Origin: Rhodoferax sp.
GTDB taxonomy: Bacteria > Pseudomonadota > Gammaproteobacteria > Burkholderiales > Burkholderiaceae_C
Reading direction: 5' to 3'
DNA length: 32,380 nucleotides
Assembly (NCBI GenBank): GCA_031416395.1
Contig: JANOTO010000515.1
Coordinates: 1-32,380 of the forward strand
Positions 24,409-32,380 of this stretch are shown piece after piece. The first letter of the stretch is position 1. Each line of letters opens with the position of its first letter. The notes beneath the pieces were generated by a model. The model had not been told where the DNA came from. It ran no database searches and saw nothing but the letters and a program-made list of their open reading frames with translations. A program made the position numbers and the translations under genes.

Positions 24409-26124
24409 TTATTTGAATTTCGGCAGGTTGAACTGCGGCGGCACACCCATGCGCGTGTTGATGATCCACTGCTGCGCAATCGACAAAATGTTATTGGTGA
24501 TCCAATACAACACCAAGCCCGCCGGGAAAAAGAAAAACATGATCGAAAACGCCAGCGGCATAAACCACATCAGCTTGGCCTGCATCGGGTCGGGTGGCGC
24601 GGGGTTGAGCGCGGTTTGCAGCATGGTGGTGAGTGTCATCACCAAAGGCAGCACATAGTAAGGATCCGGCGACGAGAGATCGTGAATCCATAGGGCCCAA
24701 GGCGCGTTGCGCATCTCAACGCTGGACAACAGCACCCAGTAGAGGGCAATGAACACGGGTATTTGAACCATGATGGGGAAACAGCCGCCCATTGGGTTGA
24801 CTTTTTCTTCCCGATAGATCCGCATCATCTCCTGCTGCATTTGCTGTGGTTTGTCTTTCAACCGCTCACGCATTTCAGTGATTTTGGGATTGACCGCCTT
24901 CATCTTGGCCATGCTGGCGTAAGCTTTGGCATTCAACCAGTAAAAGGCGATCTTCAACAGAACCACCAAGGCCACGATGGACCAGCCCCAATTACCTATG
25001 AAGCTATGTAGCTTGTCGAGCAGCCAATACAGCGGCTTGGCCAGTACCGTCAGCCATCCGTAATCCTTCACCAGCTCCAGGCCTGGAGTCAGGGTTTCAA
25101 GTGCCTTCTCGACCTGCGGCCCGACAAGCAGGGTGGTCTCGATGGACTTGCTGTTGCCCGGCGCAATGCTGTCTAAGGGTGTGATCATGCCGACCGAGTA
25201 CAGGTTGGTGTCGACCTTGCGCATGAACAGGTCGCGCTTGATGCCATCGCCCAGCAACCAAGCACTAGCAAAGTAATGCTGCACCATCGCAACGTAGCCA
25301 TTCGAGGCTTGTTTTTCGATCTCTACCTTGTTCTTCTCGATGTCCGAAAATTCAACTTTTTGGTACTTTTGAGCTTCTGTGTAGACCGCAGGGCCCGTGA
25401 ACGTGGAGTAGAACGACGATTCACCCGGCGGTTTGTTGCCATCGCGCACCAATTGAAGGTAAAGCTGAGGCGACACGGCCGAACTCGCGTTATTAACCAC
25501 CTCATGTTTGACAGCTACCGCGTAGGAGCCACGCGAGAGGGTGTAGGTCTTGATCAACTTCACGCCACCTTGCTCTGGCGATTCAAACTTGACCACCAGC
25601 TCGTTGCTACCGTCTTTGAGCACCCGCTCTGCGGGTATGGCCGTCATGATGGCTTTGTGCGTTGGAAAACTGCCGCCCGCCGCGCCTGCGATCAAGCCGG
25701 ATTGCGCCAGGTACGTGCGGTCTTTGCTTTCATCGAGCAGCACAAAATTCCGCATCTTGTCTTCCATGTCGATGTGCTTGACGAACTCCGTCTTCACGAC
25801 AGAGCCACCTTCCGTGTCAAACGTCATCTTCAGGACGTCGGTGGTGACGACGATGCGCTCACGCACCGCAGCGTTTTGAACCGTCGTGGTTGCTGCCGCT
25901 CCTGCAGGCACACCCGCATTGGCCGCGCCTACGCTTGCGCCTGTGGGCGTTGGCACGCTCGAAGGTGTCACTGCCACAGGGCCGGTAACCGCTGGTGATG
26001 ATACTTTGGCTGGACTGGGCAAAAATGTGGCTTTTTGGCCGTTGTAGACTTGCCATTGATCCCACAAAAGAACCATTGAAAAGCCAAAAATCACCCACAG
26101 AATGGTGCGCCGAATGTCGTTCAT
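24409..26124 (-). CDS. yidC: membrane protein insertase YidC
   Basis: 571-aa ORF with an N-terminal TM helix, a large periplasmic domain and the conserved 60-kDa-IMP C-terminal core (GGCFPIMVQIPVFIALYW..., FFFPAGLVLYW). Confidence 0.95.
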   Translation of the reverse strand: MNDIRRTILWVIFGFSMVLLWDQWQVYNGQKATFLPSPAKVSSPAVTGPVAVTPSSVPTPTGASVGAANAGVPAGAAATTTVQNAAVRERIVVTTDVLKMTFDTEGGSVVKTEFVKHIDMEDKMRNFVLLDESKDRTYLAQSGLIAGAAGGSFPTHKAIMTAIPAERVLKDGSNELVVKFESPEQGGVKLIKTYTLSRGSYAVAVKHEVVNNASSAVSPQLYLQLVRDGNKPPGESSFYSTFTGPAVYTEAQKYQKVEFSDIEKNKVEIEKQASNGYVAMVQHYFASAWLLGDGIKRDLFMRKVDTNLYSVGMITPLDSIAPGNSKSIETTLLVGPQVEKALETLTPGLELVKDYGWLTVLAKPLYWLLDKLHSFIGNWGWSIVALVVLLKIAFYWLNAKAYASMAKMKAVNPKITEMRERLKDKPQQMQQEMMRIYREEKVNPMGGCFPIMVQIPVFIALYWVLLSSVEMRNAPWALWIHDLSSPDPYYVLPLVMTLTTMLQTALNPAPPDPMQAKLMWFMPLAFSIMFFFFPAGLVLYWITNNILSIAQQWIINTRMGVPPQFNLPKFK

Positions 26125-26393
26125 GAAGAGGATTTCTGAGAAGGTGAGGAAAAAAGGCGAGAAAAAAAGCGCGGGCGCTCAACCGTAACTGGATCATGTC
26201 CGCCCACACACCAGGGCTGGCAGCGCGCCAGACGCGACAACGTCAAATAGCTTCCTGCAGCGGCACCATGCCGCTCAAGCGCCTCTATGCTGTAGACCGA
26301 GCAGGTGGGAGCAAAACGACAAGCCGAGCCCAGCCATGGACTCAACAACAGCCGATACGCTTGAACAAACCCGATCAAGATGCGTTTCACCAT
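26121..26393 (-). CDS. yidD: membrane protein insertion efficiency factor YidD
   Basis: Start taken at the internal ATG (MVKRILIGFVQAYRLLLSPWLGSACRFAPTCSVYSIEAL...), which shares one base with the rnpA stop (TGATG). The 3' end overlaps the yidC start by 4 nt. Confidence 0.85.
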   Translation of the reverse strand: MVKRILIGFVQAYRLLLSPWLGSACRFAPTCSVYSIEALERHGAAAGSYLTLSRLARCQPWCVGGHDPVTVERPRFFSRLFSSPSQKSSS

Positions 26394-26821
26394 CACGAAA
26401 TAGCCTGCCTCGATGATGTGGAAGTTGGAATCGGCTGCTGCGGTTGCCCCCACGTGTGGGCGGTGCCAATGAGCTGATGCAACTCCAGTCGCACTACAGA
26501 TTTCAGGACTGCGGACGTCGCGCTCACAAATTGGGTTTTGCTAAAGTCGCGTCGAAGTCGAACCACATAGGCGGCCTGAGGCAGCTCACTGTGAGAAAGA
26601 ATGGTGTAGGCCTGTCGCTTGATCATATTTCGAGTAACGGCTCTTTTGGCCCAGCGCTTGGGAACCATCGCGCCCAGCCAGACATCAGCGCTGCCATTGA
26701 CTGCCGCGTTAGGGCCGCGTGGATGCGTCGCCAATTGGTGCAACGCAAAGTGAGCCGTCTTGGAAACAATGCGACCCGCCAATACCGCCTGAAACTCGGC
26801 GCGTGACTTGAGTCGCTGCAC
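26393..26821 (-). CDS. rnpA: ribonuclease P protein component
   Basis: It occupies the conserved position between rpmH and yidD. The likely start is the GTG at 26821 (..QRLKSRAEFQAVLAG..). The longest ORF runs to 26887 but adds a non-RnpA-like extension. The RNR-type basic motif (AVTRNMIKRQ) is present. Confidence 0.8.
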   Translation of the reverse strand: MQRLKSRAEFQAVLAGRIVSKTAHFALHQLATHPRGPNAAVNGSADVWLGAMVPKRWAKRAVTRNMIKRQAYTILSHSELPQAAYVVRLRRDFSKTQFVSATSAVLKSVVRLELHQLIGTAHTWGQPQQPIPTSTSSRQAIS

Positions 26822-26921
26822 TACTTTCCAAAGCCAATGGTAGAACGCCAGAACAAACGCTTGGTGAGCTAGCTTAACTCGCCTCAACCTGCTGAAAACT
26901 ACCTGACCGCGTTCCGGGAGG

Positions 26922-27056
26922 CTAGACCGCCAGACGCTTGCGACCTTTGGCGCGTCTAGCGTTGATTACGGCTCGACCGCCGCGAGTCTTCATGCGAACC
27001 AGAAAACCGTGTGTGCGGGCGCGGCGGATTTTTGAGGGTTGGTAAGTGCGTTTCAT
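26922..27056 (-). CDS. rpmH: 50S ribosomal protein L34
   Basis: Not in the ORF track because it is under 60 aa. Translated by hand: [44 protein letters not shown] followed by a stop. Confidence 0.95.
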   Translation of the reverse strand: MKRTYQPSKIRRARTHGFLVRMKTRGGRAVINARRAKGRKRLAV

Positions 27057-27223
27057 TTTTAAAATCCAATAGTCAGGGTCAGCCGTACAGGCAAGCCCTC
27101 CATTATCGCCAAGTTCGGCGAATTCGGCAACCTTTTGATGGCACGATTGTGATGTGGCTTTTAAAGTCGAGCTTCACCTCTCAGTTTTGGTTGTGTCCTC
27201 GCTCATCTTTTACTTGAAAATTT

Positions 27224-27281
27224 TGTGGATAACGTTTTGATAAGTTACAATTCGAGTTCATAATTCCAAAAACTGTCCACA
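27224..27281. promoter_or_regulatory. two DnaA boxes in the dnaA promoter region
   Basis: TGTGGATAA (27224-27232) is the perfect reverse complement of TTATCCACA. CTGTCCACA (27273-27281) matches 7/9. Both lie within 75 nt of the dnaA ATG. Confidence 0.7.
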
Positions 27282-27296
27282 GACTTTTCACGCATC

Positions 27297-28721
27297 ATGA
27301 ATGACCGACCGCAGGCGGCTGACAGTGGGGCTTTGATGCCGTCGTCGAGTCACACCCCAAGTGGAAGTCTTTGGCAAACCTGCGTGGATCAACTGGCGCA
27401 GGAGTTGCCAGAGCAACAGTTCAACACGTGGATCAAACCGCTGTCGGCCATTGTTCAGGAAGACCTGAGCAAAATCACCCTCCTGATCGCCAACCGTTTT
27501 AAGCTTGATTGGATTCGAGCGCAGTACAGCGGGCGCATCGCGAGCGTACTGGAGCGAATTTATGGGCAACCCATCACCATTGAGTTAGTGCTTGCTCCTA
27601 AGGAGCTTCCCGCACGCGTTATGTCTACTTCAAGGATCTCAGGGGGTATGACCGCTGAGGAGCCGACCGAGTTTGGCGAAGAGCGAGCACTCGCCGGTTC
27701 AAAAAACAGGTTGAACACGGGTCTCAATTTCGACAACTTGATCGAGGGAACGGCCAATCGCATGGCACGAGCCGCTGCTTTGCATGTTTCCGGCACGCCT
27801 GGTCATCTGTACAACCCGCTTTTTATCTACGGCGGAGTAGGCCTTGGTAAAACACACTTGATGCATGCGGTGGGTAACAAACTTCTACAGGACAAACCCG
27901 CAAGCAAGATCCTCTACATCCATGCTGAACAATTCGTGTCTGACGTCGTGAAGGCCTACCAACGCAAGACTTTTGATGAGTTCAAGGAAAAGTACCATTC
28001 GCTGGACTTGCTGTTAATTGATGACGTGCAGTTTTTTGCCAACAAGGAACGCACCCAAGAGGAGTTCTTCAACGCTTTTGAGGCGCTGCTGGCTAAAAAG
28101 TCACACATTGTGATGACCAGTGACACCTACCCAAAGGGTTTGAGCGATATCCACGAGCGCTTGGTGTCGCGGTTTGATTCCGGTTTGACGGTAGCCATTG
28201 AGCCGCCCGAATTGGAGATGCGCGTTGCCATTCTGATCAACAAGGCGCGTGCTGAAAGCACGGAAATGCCCGAGGACGTGGCATTTTTTGTCGCAAAGAA
28301 TGTGCGCTCCAATGTTCGTGAGTTGGAAGGCGCATTGCGTAAAATTTTGGCCTATTCCCGGTTCAACCTGAAAGAGATTTCGATTCAGTTGGCCAGGGAA
28401 GCCCTTCGTGATTTGCTGTCGATTCAGAATCGCCAAATTTCGGTAGAGAACATTCAAAAAACTGTTGCTGACTATTACAAAATCAAGGTCGCCGACATGT
28501 ACTCAAAGAAACGCCCGGCCAGCATTGCCCGGCCGCGGCAAATCGCGATGTACCTTGCCAAGGAGTTGACGCAAAAGAGTCTCCCCGAAATTGGAGAATT
28601 GTTTGGTGGACGCGATCACACCACCGTACTGCATGCGGTGCGCAAAATTGGGGGTGAACGCCAGCAATTCATCGAGCTCAACCAGCAACTTCACATTCTT
28701 GAGCAAACGCTCAAAGGTTGA
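27297..28721 (+). CDS. dnaA: chromosomal replication initiator protein DnaA
   Basis: 474-aa ORF with Walker A ([10 protein letters not shown]), Walker B (LLLIDDVQF), sensor motifs and the C-terminal DNA-binding block ([11 protein letters not shown]). The start could instead be the in-frame ATG 39 nt downstream. Confidence 0.95.
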   Translation: MNDRPQAADSGALMPSSSHTPSGSLWQTCVDQLAQELPEQQFNTWIKPLSAIVQEDLSKITLLIANRFKLDWIRAQYSGRIASVLERIYGQPITIELVLAPKELPARVMSTSRISGGMTAEEPTEFGEERALAGSKNRLNTGLNFDNLIEGTANRMARAAALHVSGTPGHLYNPLFIYGGVGLGKTHLMHAVGNKLLQDKPASKILYIHAEQFVSDVVKAYQRKTFDEFKEKYHSLDLLLIDDVQFFANKERTQEEFFNAFEALLAKKSHIVMTSDTYPKGLSDIHERLVSRFDSGLTVAIEPPELEMRVAILINKARAESTEMPEDVAFFVAKNVRSNVRELEGALRKILAYSRFNLKEISIQLAREALRDLLSIQNRQISVENIQKTVADYYKIKVADMYSKKRPASIARPRQIAMYLAKELTQKSLPEIGELFGGRDHTTVLHAVRKIGGERQQFIELNQQLHILEQTLKG

Positions 28722-28823
28722 CAGGTCTAATATGAAGCCTGCCTATCATGACAATCAGGCCCGCGTGTTCGCAGAGGTCATCTTGCACACTTCTGACCAA
28801 GGCGAACTTGAAAATGAGAAGGG

Positions 28824-29035
28824 TGGGGATAACTTTAGTGGAAACTCATGGTTATCCACAGCGGTTGGCTAATGTTAAAAGTTGTTCTCTTTTGCGTGAC
28901 ACTAAAATACGGGGCTGTCCACAGCATTCAAAGTCATGCAAGTGCTTGATCAAAAACAGAAAAATAGGGCTTTCCACACAAAAGTAAGCTCTCTATCTAC
29001 TACTACTACTTTAAATTAAAGAAAATAAAGAAGAG
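28824..29035 (+). other. candidate oriC core: DnaA-box cluster, DnaA-trio-like (CTA)4 array and AT-rich unwinding element
   Basis: Boxes: TGGGGATAA (28824-28832, reverse, 8/9), TTATCCACA (28852-28860, 9/9), CTGTCCACA (28915-28923, 7/9) and CTTTCCACA (28970-28978, 8/9 against TTWTNCACA). Then CTACTACTACTA (28997-29008), followed by CTTTAAATTAAAGAAAATAAAGAAG. Confidence 0.6.
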
Positions 29036-29041
29036 GATGAC

Positions 29042-30148
29042 ATGATTGTTCTGAAGGCAACTCAAGAAAATTTTTTGTCGGTTTTGCAATCGGTGGCTGG
29101 CATCGTTGAGCGACGCCACACCCTGCCTATCCTTGCCAATGTGCTGATCCGAAAAACCGGGTCCACTTTGCAATTGACCACGAGCGATCTGGAAATTCAA
29201 ATTCGTACCTCGGCGCAGCTGGACGGGGACAGCGGCAATTTCACCACCACCATTGGCGCGCGAAAGCTCATCGACATTCTGCGCACCATGCCGGCTGATC
29301 AAACAGTCTCGCTGGAGTCCAGCGCGGCCAAGGTCATTTTGAAGGGTGGCAAGAGCAAGTTCACGCTACAGACGCTGCCAGCAGAAGACTTCCCGCTGGT
29401 GCAGGAATCGGCCAACTTTGGCCCTGTTTTCAGCGTCCCCCAAAAGACCTTGAAGGACCTGCTAAGTCAGGTGTCGTTTGCGATGGCGGTGCATGACATC
29501 CGCTACTACCTTAACGGCATTTTGTTTGTCGCCGAAGGCAAGCAATTAAGCTTGGTGGCTACTGACGGGCATCGGCTGGCGTTTTCCTCGGCGACCCTGG
29601 ATGTGGAAGTGCCGCGCCAGGAGGTGATCTTGCCGCGCAAGACTGTGATCGAGATGCAGCGCTTGCTCAGCGACGCAGAAGGTGCGATCGAGATGCAGTT
29701 TGCCAACAACCAGGCCAAATTCAGTTTTGAGGGCATGGAGTTCGTGACCAAGCTGGTCGAGGGCAAGTTCCCCGACTACAACCGTGTCATCCCGAAGAAC
29801 CACAAAAACATCATCAGTTTGGGCCGTGTTGCGTTGCTGGCATCATTGCAGCGCACGGCGATTTTGACGAGTGACAAGTTCAAGGGCGTGCGCCTGAACA
29901 TTGACCCCGGCACGCTGCGCGTGGCTTCTAACAACGCCGAGCAGGAAGAGGCGGTGGATGAGCTGGACATTGATTACGGCGGTGACAGCATCGAGATTGG
30001 CTTCAACGTCACCTACCTGATTGACGCGTTGACGAACATGACGCAAGAGATGGTCCGCATTGAACTGTCTGACTCCAACAGCTCAGCACTTTTGACAATT
30101 CCAGACAACGCAACGTTTAAGTACGTCGTGATGCCAATGAGAATTTGA
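29042..30148 (+). CDS. dnaN: DNA polymerase III beta sliding clamp
   Basis: 368-aa ORF with typical N- and C-termini (..LQSVAGIVERRHTLPILANVL.., ..YVVMPMRI). A GAGGA Shine-Dalgarno lies upstream. Confidence 0.95.
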   Translation: MIVLKATQENFLSVLQSVAGIVERRHTLPILANVLIRKTGSTLQLTTSDLEIQIRTSAQLDGDSGNFTTTIGARKLIDILRTMPADQTVSLESSAAKVILKGGKSKFTLQTLPAEDFPLVQESANFGPVFSVPQKTLKDLLSQVSFAMAVHDIRYYLNGILFVAEGKQLSLVATDGHRLAFSSATLDVEVPRQEVILPRKTVIEMQRLLSDAEGAIEMQFANNQAKFSFEGMEFVTKLVEGKFPDYNRVIPKNHKNIISLGRVALLASLQRTAILTSDKFKGVRLNIDPGTLRVASNNAEQEEAVDELDIDYGGDSIEIGFNVTYLIDALTNMTQEMVRIELSDSNSSALLTIPDNATFKYVVMPMRI

Positions 30149-30236
30149 GCCGACCAAACGAGTCGCGCCATTAGACGCAAACCCTCGATCCGTCGGGGGT
30201 TTGGTCATTAGAGAGTTTGAAAAATCGAGAGAATAG

Positions 30237-32380
<2,144 letters not shown>

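Noticed and set aside
26394-26453. N-terminal extension of the yidD ORF. The rnpA extension at 26822..26887 is the same kind of case.
   Set aside because: The extensions overlap the upstream genes or add non-conserved residues. The internal starts reproduce the canonical YidD and RnpA N-termini and the usual overlapping stop/start junctions.
28748-28987. 79-aa ORF in the dnaA-dnaN spacer, overlapping the 93-aa ORF at 28591..28872
   Set aside because: It runs straight through the DnaA-box cluster, has no Shine-Dalgarno, and has atypical AT-rich codon usage. The region is better explained as oriC.

Overview
High-GC chromosomal window from a betaproteobacterium. Protein sequences and gene order suggest Burkholderiales/Comamonadaceae; this is inference, no search was run. 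The right third is the replication-origin neighbourhood: mnmE-yidC-yidD-rnpA-rpmH on the minus strand diverge from dnaA-dnaN-gyrB on the plus strand (gyrB is cut by the window end). rpmH (44 aa) and gyrB are absent from the ORF track and were read from the sequence. The dnaA-dnaN spacer has four DnaA boxes, a (CTA)4 DnaA-trio-like array and an AT-rich stretch, so it is the best oriC candidate. The rest is mainly housekeeping and transport: an MFS transporter, an M20 peptidase/alpha-beta hydrolase pair, a lipoprotein, a minus-strand metX-metW-HAD-TauE string, a UPF0016/GDT1 exporter, an orphan ammonium transporter with a near-consensus sigma-54 promoter, a glycine-rich RRM RNA-binding protein, kdsD-kdsC-lptC followed by an SDR, a TAXI-TRAP transporter with a class-III aminotransferase between receptor and permease, a CPA2 antiporter, apt, and a two-gene module (standalone cNMP-binding protein plus an uncharacterised 231-aa protein). 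No tRNA/rRNA genes, CRISPR arrays, transposases, integrases or recognisable defence genes were seen, and I cannot point to a clearly novel multi-gene system. The items most worth follow-up are non-coding or contextual: a terminator/antiterminator leader upstream of metX (possible SAM-sensing RNA), two AT-rich islands 17.5 kb apart sharing a TTACTACA-N2-TGTAGTAA palindrome (one with MITE-like inverted ends), the aminotransferase-containing TAXI-TRAP cluster, and the cNMP-binding/hypothetical pair. Many long ORFs in the track are antisense or alternate-frame shadows of real genes and were rejected.
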